NCBI RefSeq assembly: GCF_006345805.1
Contig: NC_043015.1
Location: 44,826,001-44,890,000 of the forward strand
DNA length: 64,000 nucleotides
Source: Octopus sinensis
Taxonomy: Eukaryota
Reading direction: 5' to 3'
Shown here: positions 14,462 to 26,244 of the stretch, one piece after another
Numbering within the stretch: position 1 is the stretch's first letter
Layout: the number at the start of each line of letters is the position of its first letter
The notes under the pieces: model-generated
Database searches by the model: none
What the model was told of the DNA's origin: nothing
What the model saw: only the letters and a program-made list of their open reading frames with translations
Translations under genes and position numbers: made by a program

Positions 14462-14949
14462 CATTAACGCAGTGGAACTCGGTAGATAGGGCGGGTTATT
14501 TTATAAGTGTTTACGTGTTTAGAATGGGTTTTTCATCTAATGATACTCTCTATATGATCTGAAACCTCCTACGACAGCAAACTGTACCCCTTTCATGCCC
14601 TGCTGGTCTTTCACTTGCATTTTTTTCGTTGTGTACTGTACACCATTTTATGATGTGTATGTTGCACCGTTTCGTGTTCGTTGTACGTTGCTGTACTTTT
14701 GTGGAGATATTTCGGCACGAAAAAAGGAAGCCCAACATAGTTCGTGGTGCATCTCATGCATTGTTGTTAACCCCCGTTATTGTTCCATTTCTGTTGTCTA
14801 AATATGTACCTGTGATCGCCCTGTGTCTGTATATCATTTTGCTCTCTTGTCCTATATCATCAATGTGTATTTTGATGTTCGCAGAAGACTTGTATATCCT
14901 AAGGTGAAATACGGCATCAGAGACAATCGTTTCACTTTCAGATACACTA

Positions 14950-15105
14950 ACCACGGCATCCAATTTACAATGGAACACAGCCACAAACAGCTACCCTTTC
15001 TGGACATTTTAATCATAAAAAGAGATACTAACATTGAAACCGATATCTACTTTAAACCAACAGACTCAAAACAATATCTACTACTCTCTTGCCACCAAAA
15101 CAAAT
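14950..15105 (+). mobile_element. Penelope-like element RT C-terminal fragment
   Basis: IQFTMEHSHKQLPFLDILI...ETDIYFKPTDSKQYL matches the PLE RT F-T-x-E...LPFLD...Y-x-KPT motif. Confidence 0.8.
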
Positions 15106-15282
15106 TCTCCTGTATTCTTTACTTTTCCTGCGTGAGAATACACTTCTTCTTCTTCTTTTTCTTCTTGTATATATATATATATAAATATATATATATAGAT
15201 ATATAATATATATTTATACATGCACACACACGTATAGAGAGAGAAGAGAGGAGGGGGGAAGAAGAAGAAGAAGAAGAAGAAG

Positions 15283-15313
<31 letters not shown>

Positions 15314-15471
15314 GTATTCTCAGGCAACAGTAGGACTTATCTCTTGTAAAGCAAGAGGGAAAAGGAACGATAGACGCTGGTCACGTATGAGCAACGAGAG
15401 AGTCAAAGAGGAAGAGTGAGGGAGAGAGAGGGAGAGAAAGAAAACAGTAAAGGGGGAAGGAGAAGAAAACA

Positions 15472-15655
15472 TATATCTATGATCCAGCATCATTCGCTTT
15501 CTTTTTCAATTAACACTATGTCTGGGTTTCTATTCTCTATCTCATGGTCACACTGAATCATAAAATCCCATAGGATCTTTGCATTATTATTTCCGATGAT
15601 GCCTTCGGGTTTATGTTCGTACCACTTCTTTGCTCTGTCAAGTCCATACTTGGAC
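15472..15655 (-). mobile_element. Dong/R4-clade non-LTR fragment (restriction-like endonuclease region), second subfamily
   Basis: Minus-strand translation KKWYEHKPEGIIGNNNAKILWDFMIQCDHEIENRNPDIVLIEKESE*CWIID. Confidence 0.75.
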
Positions 15656-16047
15656 AACCCTTGCTACAACCCTTGTCAGTTACGACAACGAGGGTTCCGG
15701 TTGACCCGAATCAACAGAACAGCCTGCTCGTGAAATTAACGTGTAAGTGGCTGAGCACTCCACAGACACGTGTACCCTTAACGTAGTTCTCGGGGATATT
15801 CAACGTGACACAGAGAGTGACAAGGCCGGCCCTTTGAAATACAGGTACAACAGAAACAGGAAGTAAGAGTGAGAGAAAGTTGTGGTGAAAGAGTACAGCA
15901 GGGATCACCACCATCCCCTGCCGGAGCGTCGTGGAGCTTTAGGTGTTTTCGCTCAATAAACACTCACAACGCCCGGTCTGGGAATCGAAACCGCGATCCT
16001 ATGACCGCGAGTCCGCTGCCCTAACCACTGGGCCATTGCGCCTCCAC
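15655..16047 (-). mobile_element. tRNA-derived SINE family E (tRNA-Arg-like head)
   Basis: Head GTGGAGGCGCAATGGCCCAGTGG (box A)...GGTTTCGATTCCC (box B); related pieces at 30700-31008 and 41340-41470. Confidence 0.8.
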
Positions 16048-16073
16048 TATTATTATTATCATTATTATTATTA

Positions 16074-16122
<49 letters not shown>

Positions 16123-16436
16123 GATCATCATCATTTAGGCGGTGAGCTGGCAGAATCGTTATTTCGTTCGTCTTTACGTTCAGAGTTCAAGTTTCGCCGA
16201 AGTCGAATTTGCCTTTCATTCTTTCGGGGTCGATAAAAAAAAGTACCAGTTGAGCACTGAGGTCGATGTAATCGACTTAACCCCTCCCCTTCAAATCTGC
16301 TGGTACTGAGCCAAAATTTTAAATTATTGTTGTTGTTGCTGCTGCTGCTGCTGTTGTCTTTGTTGTTAAGGGTCAGCTAATCTCCTCTCTCCCTACCCCA
16401 AAATTTCAGGCCATGTGCCTATAATAGAAAGGATTA

Positions 16437-16468
<32 letters not shown>

Positions 16469-16525
16469 TATTATGATATTATTAGTTATTATTATTATTA
16501 TATTATTATTATTATTATTATTATT

Positions 16526-17115
16526 CAGTAGTTTTACTTTTATAGCGCGCTTTCACTTCACTACCGAGCGTAGCTCTGTGTGCCTTGGGTATGTGATGTG
16601 GTTTGTTGTGATGCTCTTATGGTTACTGTATTGAAAGTGTTTTGCGTAGGATGTGTGCAGTGCCCAGTAGTGCAATTTTCTGTATGTTATATATATTTGT
16701 AAGTCCTGGTGTTTTTGTTATGTATTTGTCTGAATTTTTTTTTATCATACCTAATGCGCCTACTATGATAGGAATTGTTTCTGTTTTTAGATTCCACATT
16801 CGAGTTACCTCTATTTCCAGGTCTTTGTATTTTGAAAGTTTCTCCATTTCTTTTAGAGAAACGTTGTCATCTGCTGGTATTGATACATCAATTAGAAAAC
16901 ATTTTTTTCTTCATGATCTCTGACAACTATATCTGGCCTATTGGCCTTAATTTCTCTATCTGCGTGTATAGGCATATCCCATAGTATGGTTGCTTTCTCG
17001 TTTTCTGTGACCTTTTCTGGGGTGTGCCTATACCATCTTTTTTCTGTTGTTATTCCATAGTGTTGGCATAGCTTCCAGTGTATGTAGGTCCCAACTCTGT
17101 CGTATTTGTGATATT
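16526..17115 (-). mobile_element. 5'-truncated Dong/R4-clade LINE: ORF C-terminus (16623-17115, one frameshift), 3'UTR and (AAT)n tail
   Basis: YIHWKLC...KATILWDMPIHADREIKANRPDIVVRD..(fs)..CFLIDVSIP..KLSKYKDL..PIIVGALG..LLGTAHILRK; (TAA)n on both sides. Confidence 0.9.
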
Positions 17116-17119
17116 ATCA

Positions 17120-17163
<44 letters not shown>

Positions 17164-17651
17164 TATTATTATCCCCATTATCATCATCACCATCATTGTT
17201 TTTTTTTTTTATTATCATTTATTTATTATTCCGTTTTTCTGCTTTGAATTTCAGAGATTTTTTTTAAAAAAGTCAATAATAAAGAATCAAAACCGGATGC
17301 TGTATAAATGTATTTAAATATTAATGACATGGATAAAGAATACGGGAATATCTTGCAAAAAGATGGATTATCTTTCAAAATATAACGGAAGTAATTTGTG
17401 TTCATTAATGAACCTATTAATATTGCACTGTTTTCACTTTCTGAAATTTTTTTTTGTTTTTTTTTAAGCTGCCGCTTCGCTATAAAGAGGCAGCCGTCAC
17501 CTACGAACGAGCATGGATCGGTGGCATGTACAACGTTTTCCTAATTGTGTTAGGTGCCTGTTTAGTTACGAGCAGACATAGGGCAGCTTCTTGACTCTTT
17601 CACTTTTGATTCAAGAGTACATTCAGAAAGGAACAGCTGTAAAATAGGTAT

Positions 17652-18137
17652 ACTCTTTCACTCTTTCACTTGTTTCAGTCATTTGACTGCGGCCATGCTG
17701 GAGCACCGCCTTTAATCGAGCGACTCGACCCCGGACTTATTCTTTTGTAAGCCAGTACTTATTCTATCGGTCTCTTTTGCGAACCGCTAAGTGACGGGGA
17801 CGTAAACACACCAGCATCGGTTGTCAAGCAATGCTAGGGGGACAAACACACACACACACACAAACATACACACACACACACACACACACACAACACACAC
17901 ACACACAACACACAATATATATATATATATCGCCATGTTGATTCGTTAAGTTACAGCACGCATTTTTTTTCTCTCCTTCTTTCTGTGTTTTTTTCTCTCT
18001 GTGTATTTTCTGTTGAAGAGCGTAGGCTCGAAACGTTAAAGACTTGTTTTATTATATTTCCTGAGCGCCATACTAATACAATTGTTTGTTTGTTTTCCAC
18101 CTGCCTTCGTCTTTTGTCTATTTTCATAAAGCTTCCC

Positions 18138-18198
<61 letters not shown>

Positions 18199-18316
18199 TA
18201 CGACAAGCTTCTTTCAGTTTCCGTCTACCAAATCCACTCACAGGCTTGGTCGGCCCGAGGCTATAGTAGAAGACAACTTGCCCAAGGTGCCACACAGTGG
18301 GACTGAACCCAGAACC
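17652..18316 (-). mobile_element. SINE family B copy interrupted by a PLE terminal fragment
   Basis: Tail 17652-17850; head-proximal part 18200-18316. Confidence 0.85.
17931..18140 (+). mobile_element. Solo 3' terminal (pseudo-LTR) fragment of the PLE at 26245-28267
   Basis: Near-identical to 28058-28267; sits in (TA)n. Confidence 0.85.
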
Positions 18317-18577
18317 GTTTAAATTAGTTGTTTTTTTTAGGTATGTGTAAAATAGGAATGTTTAAATTAGGTTTATTTTCTCTTGGCATTTTTATTTCTT
18401 ACTTTATTTTTGTAACTTTTATTTTTATAACTTTTTATTTGAATTTTTATCTGAATTATAGCTTGTACTGTAGGGTCCAGCGAACCTAATTTAAACATAC
18501 CTATTTTACACATACTTAAAGGCTTTAAAAAATTAAAATATAGTTTATTGTATTGAACGATGATAAAGTGATATAAG

Positions 18578-18672
18578 GGCCTGATGATTGGGGTTACATT
18601 TTAAGAAGGGTTCCAGGAAAACACGGAGTGGTTTAGGAACCGGAGAATGTACCTCATGAAACACGTGTAGCC
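18578..18672 (+). ncRNA. Type I hammerhead ribozyme motif (PLE-type), canonical core
   Basis: GGC-CUGAUGA-long stem II-GAA-ACACGUGU-A-GCC; palindromic stem III; GUA cleavage triplet. Activity untested. Confidence 0.6.
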
Positions 18673-19063
18673 AATTTATAAAACAGTAGGTATTTAAAAT
18701 AAAAATTCTTTTTAAATGGTGAGATGAAGAGACCTATTATCTCTAAATTAAAATATATATATATATATACAAAATAAGAAAATGGAGGAATATATTTTAA
18801 TCAATCATCAACTACTAGATAATACCAATTCAATAATTTATAACTAATTATATAGGAACATCCAGATCAAACATAATAATACAGAATAAAAACGTACATA
18901 TCAATGAGTAATATAATACCATAAGAACAATACATATAAAATATATAATAAATTTAAATATAAAATGGCTCTTACAGCTGTTTCAGCCATGTAGATAAGA
19001 GTATCTCATTATGCTCATATTATCCAGATGTATTAAGCTAATATGTGGTTATAAATGAGATAC

Positions 19064-19121
<58 letters not shown>

Positions 19122-19919
19122 TATATATAACCCAAGGCCTCTCAGAGATTATAAAGTACAGTTACAGAAGTATACAGAAGTATAAAATGAAGGTATAAAG
19201 TGCAAATATGAATATTAGAGAAGGTACACATATACATATAAGTACATATACATATATACACATACATATAAGTGTATAAACACCTGCATATACATATATA
19301 TATAAGTATATACATAATAACATACATACACATAAGGTTACAGTTAGTCAAATCAATATATTAGAATATACATACATACACACATACACATGAAAGTGTA
19401 TATATAATTTATATATATATATAATTGAGTAACAAAGATGTATAAGTGTCAATTCATTACGACCGTTTCGAGCGAGTCCTTGAATTGATCAATGAAAGCA
19501 TTACATCATTACGAAGAAAACCCTTCCTATCAGATGAATCGCATAGACCTCAAGCATAAAGGACAAGGTAGATATTTAAACATATTCGTATCATCACTAG
19601 AGAGTAAATATTTACAATGATTCCGCTGCTAAATTGACAAAAAATTGACAAGGAGTCGCTCGAAACGGTCGTAATGAATTGACACGTATACATCTTTGTT
19701 ACTCATATTTTACTCACCTACCCTGGAATCTGCACTTCGGGAGTATCTATATATAAAATACATGAACGCAGAAACAAGACCGGATTTATTCACTTGGTTG
19801 GATCGTGTTATCTGCATACCCTGCATGAATATCAGGTGGAAAAAATTCTATGTAGAGTTTGATACTCACCTAATATTGAACGTTGCCAATATCATTCCCT
19901 AAATAATCCTTTCTTTTAT

Positions 19920-20307
19920 AGACACAAGGCCTGAAATTTGGTGGGGAAAGGGGTAAGTCGATTATATTGATTCCAGTGCTCAACTGATACTTATTTTATC
20001 GACACCGAAAGGATGAAAGGTGAAGTCGACCTCAGCAGAATTTGAACCCAGAACGTAAAGACGGGCGAAATACCTATTTCTTTACTACCCACAAGGGCCT
20101 AAACACAGAGAGGACAAACAAGGACAGACAAACGGATTAAGTCGATTACATCGACCCCAGTGCGTAACTGGTACTTATTTAATCGACCCCGAAAGGATGA
20201 AAGGCAAAGTCGACCTCGGCGGAATTTGAACTCAGAACTTAGCGGCAGGCGGAATACCGCTAAGCATTTTGCTCGGCGTCCTAACGATTCTGCCACCTCG
20301 CCGCCTT
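19920..20307 (-). mobile_element. SINE family A dimer
   Basis: Head at 20307; junction cctatttc at about 20073. Confidence 0.85.
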
Positions 20308-21096
20308 CCACTCTCTAAATAATGCATGCATTTGTCCATTAAGAAGAACTACATCACAAGATACGGACGAAGTCGCAAGTGTTACATCAGACTTTTCCCT
20401 CTTCTACAAAGATGTCTAAAGAAAAGCTAAGGATCTCTCCTTCGCAGCTGCTGGTCGGCCGTTGACTCAAATAAAGTCCATCCGCCCTTTGAGAGGTTTT
20501 GTTTTTCGTCCAACGAAAACTACTCTCCTTGCCAAGCAGGCTTTGTAGGGTTGCGGTTTGGTCGCCAACAGTCCGATCATCCGATACTAAGAGCGCAACA
20601 ATTATATTATCGTTTCTTATTGATTGACAGAAAGCCAGAATTCTATTTTGAGGAAAGTTGGGTGAATATCCCAATTAAATATGTCCTAAAATATAAACAT
20701 TATCTCAACGTTATCTGCATTTCTTACCGAATCTGCCGTGATAGAGAAGTGCAAACGACTCCTGCGGGAATTTTAATTTAGAACTTAAAGGGAGATAACT
20801 AAATATCACCAAGCTGACATTCTTCCGATTCTACAAAGTAGAGTGTCTTTTTTTTTTAACATAGGTAAAAAGGGCCAGATATCTGGTCTGGACAGATAAA
20901 ACAGTAGATATTTATTAAACCTAGTTCTCGATTGGTACTTTATTTTATTGACCTCGGAAGGACTGGGAGGTACAATCAACTTTGGACGGATGTGAACTCA
21001 GATCATAGAGAAACGCAACTCAATGGCACTGGGTATTTTGCCCGGTCCTCCACCGATTCTTCTACCTAACAACAATAATAATAATAATCACCGTCC

Positions 21097-21146
<50 letters not shown>

Positions 21147-21337
21147 GGCGTAACTTCGGTATACGACCCGGAAGTACCGAATACGTTTCAAGAAAGTGTT
21201 GTTGTTTTTTTTATATATATGGGGGGGGGGGTTAGGTTAGGGGTTAGGGTTGGGGTGGGAGAAAAGGGTTTCTGTTATTTTCAGAATGAAAACAAAGCCA
21301 CTTCCGGTACTTACAGGACATATACCGAAGGATCGCC
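21147..21337. mobile_element. Small MITE-like element within (TAA)n, superfamily unassigned
   Basis: Imperfect TIR GGCGTAACTTCGGTATA / TATACCGAAGGATCGCC, inner inverted CCGGAAGT, central GGTTAGG-type tract. Confidence 0.55.
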
Positions 21338-21940
21338 TAATAATAATAATAATAATAATAATAATATATATAATAATGATGATGATGATGATGATGATGA
21401 TGATGTTGATGCTGATTATGATGATGATCGTGATGCTTCCTTTGGCGGAAATACTAATGACGCACAAACAATGTCGGCAACAACAACAACACGTTGGGAA
21501 ACAGGTGTCTCGGAAAACTGTTGTTCTGAGGAGATTCCTGGCAAATGATTGAATAATGTCGTTTCCGGAGCAGGTGCAGGTAATATTGCAGTTGGTTTCT
21601 CTGTCTATTCTGCGATTGCAGACAAACTCCTGACTCAGCTAAATGTTACGTGATGCTAATCAGTGCATCAGGCAGGCAGACTGGCAGACTGGCAGGCAGG
21701 CAGGCTGGGAGGCAGGCAGGCTGGCAGGCTGGCAGGCAGACGAGCAATCTGTTTAGATTTCACTTGAGTGACTGGCGCAATTCTCTAGAGTTTTTTTTTT
21801 CCTCGTAGGATGGAGTTTGGAAAGGACATCGGACGAAGAATTACTGGAGTATGGAAGTCAAGGTAGAGATAAAAAATTTTTTCTAGTTTTCTTTCTCTCT
21901 CTCCTTCTGTCTGTCGGTATCTTTCTCTCTCTCTCTCTCT

Positions 21941-22040
<100 letters not shown>

Positions 22041-22622
22041 TGTATGTATGTATGTATGTATATGTGCGTGTGTATGATTGTATGTATGTTATATGTATAT
22101 TAGATAGATAGATAGATAAATAGATAGACAAACAGACAGACATATATATATATCTTCCTGTAAGGATTATATATGTGTGTGTGTGTGTGTGGTGTGTGTG
22201 TGTGTGTGTGTGTGTGTGTTCCACATTTACTTGCGTTATGAGATCAAATTCTGTCGGAGTTCAGTACGTCTTTTATGCTCCCGGGGTTTCGATAAAATGT
22301 GGACTGGAGAGTGAGAAAGATCAAGCCGTATTCGAAATCTTCCCCCGAAATGTCAGCATCGTATCAATGTGAATAATCATTATTCATTTGTATATAATTT
22401 CACCGTTTAATACATCAAATTGCATAATACGAGTGACTACTATTGTAACTATTATTGTTACTAAGGCGGTGAGCTGACACAATCATTAACAAACCGTTTG
22501 GTGGGAGTCGATAAAATAAAGTACCAGTCGATGTAATCGACTTTCCCCTTCCCTCAAAACTGCAAGCCTTGTGCCACATTTAAAAAGAAACAATATTATT
22601 ATTAGCCTTATAGAAAAGAAAA

Positions 22623-23205
22623 GGCGGTGAGCTGGCAGAAACGTTAGCACGCTGGGTGAAATGCGTAGCCATATTTCGTCTGTCGTTGCGTTCTGACTTC
22701 AAATTCCGCTGAGGTCGACTTCGCCTTTCATCCTTTCGGGGTCGATTAAATAAGTACCAGTTACGCACTGGGGTCAATATAATCGATTTAATCCGTTTGT
22801 CTGTCCTTGTTTGTTCTCTCTGTGTTTAGCCCCTTGTGGGTAGTAAAGAAATAGGTATTTCGTCTGCCACTACGTTCTCTAGTTCAAATCCCGCCGAGGT
22901 CGACTTGCCTTTCATCCTTTCGGAGTCGATAAATTAAGTACCAGTTACGCACTGGGGTCGATGTAATCAACTTAATCCGTTTGTCTGTCCACTCTGTGTT
23001 TAGCCCTTTGTGGGTAGTAAAGAAATAGGTATTTCGTCTACCGTTACGTTCTGAGTTCAAATTCCGCCGAGGTCGACTTTGCCTTTCATCATTTTGAGGC
23101 CGATAAAGTAAGTACCAGTTGAACACTGAGGCGGAGGGGGGATGTAATCGACTTATCTCCTTCCCCCCTAAATTGGTGGCCTTATGCCAAAACTTGAAAC
23201 CGTTA
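22623..23205 (+). mobile_element. SINE family A array (3 units)
   Basis: Junction agaaatagg|tatttcgtct at about 22856 and 23029. Confidence 0.9.
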
Positions 23206-23771
23206 TTATTATATGAATTATGTGCGTGTGTGCGTGTGTATGCATGTGATTGTATATATGTGTGTGTGTGTGTGGTTTGGTTTATAGCATGTCGTTTTGT
23301 AGTTTTGTTATGCTGTTTGTTGTTAGCATGTCAATTAATGAAATTATATTTATTTTCATCACATCTTGATAGAATCGAACTTTTGCTTTCTGAGTTCAAA
23401 TGCCACTGACGTCAACCTGGTCTTATATCACCTACGAAACCCCAAGTGTCAACAATATACTTTTCTACTTATAATTATTTGATCAGAGAAATGCGGTGAG
23501 TTGTAAAAAATAGGAGAAAGTCAACTTAAATGTCTTACCTTCTGGAATCGAATCCTGTCGCAAGTCAACTATAGACAGAATTGGTTGAGCGTCAAGCAAG
23601 AAGACTTGCGATATTTCATCCAACTCTGCGGTACCTTTGGTGCAGCACTTTTGCGTTCTCAGTTCAAATTCTGCTGAGGTCATATTTAAATTTCATCCTT
23701 TCGAGATCGATAAAATAAAGTACCAATCAAGTACGGGCCTTCCATCCATCCATCCATCTCCACCCACTATA

Positions 23772-24185
23772 CCTATTTCTTTATTACCCACAAGGGGCTA
23801 AACACAGAAGGGACAAACAAGGACAGACGAACGGATTAAGTCGATTATATCGACATCAGTGCGTAACTGGTACTTATTTAATCGACCCCGAAAGGATGAA
23901 AGGCAAAGTCGACCTCGGCGGAATTTGAACTCAGAACGTAGCGGTAGACGAAATACCTATTTCTTTATTACCCACAAGGGGCTAAACACAGAGGGGACAA
24001 ACAAGGACAGACATAGGTATTAAGTTGATTACATCGACCCCAGTGCGTAACTGGTACTTAATTTATCGACCCGAAAGGATGAAAGGCAAGTCGACCTCGG
24101 CGGAATTTGAACTCACAACGTAACGCAGACGAAATACCGCTAAGCATTTCGCCCTGCGTGCTAACGATTCTGCCACCTCGCCGCC
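23772..24185 (-). mobile_element. SINE family A dimer
   Basis: Head ends at 24185; same junction. Confidence 0.88.
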
Positions 24186-24249
24186 TAGGGTGTATTCTAG
24201 GGTAGCGTCCTCAGACACCTTATCCATCGGGCTCTATCCGAAGTGACTG

Positions 24250-24560
24250 GCCTCACACCTTCCAGCTGGATTTCTAAGAGTGACCAACTATGGATATTAT
24301 CCAACCATCTGCTTCTTGGTCTGTTCCCTAAGTCACCTGCCAGTTAGCTCAGCTTGAAGAATCCGTCTTCCAATTCTTTCTTACGACATTCCAATCACAT
24401 GACCATAACGCTGGAGATATGACCTCTCAATGCAGAGAAGTAGCGGATTTACCTGGAGATACTTCCCTAATTTCCGACCTATATCGTGTAACGCTACTCC
24501 AGAGATCCTTCAAAAGAACCCCATTTTAGCTGCATGTATTCGCGATCGTTCATTTCTTAA
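24250..24560 (-). mobile_element. Decayed RTE-clade LINE ORF 3' fragment
   Basis: Broken minus-strand frames: RIHAAKMGF..RISGV, LLLCIERSYLQRYGHVIGM, RPRSRWLD. Confidence 0.6.
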
Positions 24561-25683
24561 TTCGTATAATGCAGCCTGGATGTGAATGGAATCATAGTAA
24601 GTAGAACATTGCCTTTCACCGCTAATGTAACTCTGAGAACGAATTTTTGTCGTTGCTATTTAGTTACAAACAAAATTCCTTGCTTTTTACGTTTCCAGTT
24701 CAAATTCCGCCGAAATCAACATAGCCTTTCGTTCTTTGAGGGGCGGGGAGGTGGGTCAATAAGTCGAGTCCTGAGGGCCAAAGTTTCAATTAACACCCTT
24801 CCTTCAAAAATTCCTGGCGTTGTGCCTAAATTAGAAACAGTTATTTAACCCTGAGCTGGATCCATTCAGCCGGCCTTGATTGAAAGTGTTCCACTCATAT
24901 CCGTCGCATATTTATGTATACCAAATACTATATTTTGGGTCTTTCTATTAAAACAATAGCGATGGGGTTTAAGGGATATTTGGCTGCTATTTTTCGCATA
25001 TAGTCCAACTACGGTCATACCGGTTAATATAACGACTATACATTTCCCATATTTGGGTTTTGTATAAAAAGAAACCATAGTAGCAAGTTGCCACAAACGA
25101 AAGAATACCTTGCTTTCAGAACACAGAATATCAGAATATCAAAAGAATCGAGATCTGAACGTTCGTTTTTGTAACTATTCGCGAGGAGAATTTTAAATTG
25201 TTAAACATACTGTAAATAACAACACAGAGTACTAAATACGGTGAGATGGAAGATAAACTAAAGGGGAATAATTCATTATATCAAAAACGTAATCTTATAC
25301 AAGGGAAATAACTCATTTTTACACATGTTAAAACAATCAACTTTATTTCATTTTAATGCCATATTATAGCTTTGTAGTTCTACCAGATGCATTTCTCGAT
25401 TTTGGTCTACGTTTATTAAAACCTAAAATAAACAAAATTTTTCATTGAATTCAGTATATTTTGAATAACTAAAGAACTTTCAGACAAAATGCTGATTTGA
25501 AACTGTTGACTCATTCGGAATTGTTAAATCCGAACCATTCAGAAGATAGTTCAAGTTGAACTTCAAGATGTGTTGAATATACTTCTTCCGGTGTCCATTG
25601 CAGTGCTTTCGTTAATTAATTGAAGTTCCAAGTTTTTCATAAGATCGGGAAATTATCGGGAAATTTAGATATTCTAATGCAAA

Positions 25684-25741
<58 letters not shown>

Positions 25742-25844
25742 TGTGTGTGTGTGTGTGCGTGCGCATGTGTGCGTGTACACATACATACACACATACGTAC
25801 ACGCACACACTCACACATATACGTGTGTGTGTGTAAAAATTTCT

Positions 25845-26120
25845 TTACATGATCCATCCACTACAGCGGTGGCCTTGCAGCCCTTAAGCACTTCCTACGT
25901 CATCAATCTTATCCATACCGAACACCAACATAATCCTTCACCGGCTGAACTCGTCTTCACTTTCAATTTATTTTTATTTTCCTGGAAACGTTTACAAACG
26001 GTTCAGAGACGTTAAGAAAGTTTAGATGGGCTCGATTCGAATTATGCAAACCCCTTCGGAAATTACGCTAAGGAACAGATTTTTGCCCAATTTACTCAAA
26101 GAATGCTTCTCCTCTTCCCT
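25845..26120 (+). mobile_element. Decayed PLE RT fragment upstream of the YIDD motif
   Basis: Frameshifted GGLAALKHFL, AELVFTFN, NYANPFGNYAKEQIFAQ resemble PLE RT motifs 3-4. Confidence 0.5.
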
Positions 26121-26244
26121 CTACCATCACACCACCGCCCACCTATTGGTTTGTATGTCTCCAGTACAATACTTTCCATTGTGTGTAGGTGCATACTGAC
26201 ATTATGATGCTAGTCAAGGACATGGCTTCTACTGTCCATGCGTA

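Noticed and set aside
14480-14940. Possible decayed APE endonuclease on the minus strand
   Set aside because: Only vague motif echoes (IGQES, VVGGF); not supportable by eye
20420-20480. Gypsy integrase-like SPSQLLVGR
   Set aside because: Nine residues only, with no flanking integrase motifs
21160-21310. Paired ETS motifs read as a housekeeping promoter
   Set aside because: They lie symmetrically inside the TIRs of a small MITE-like element
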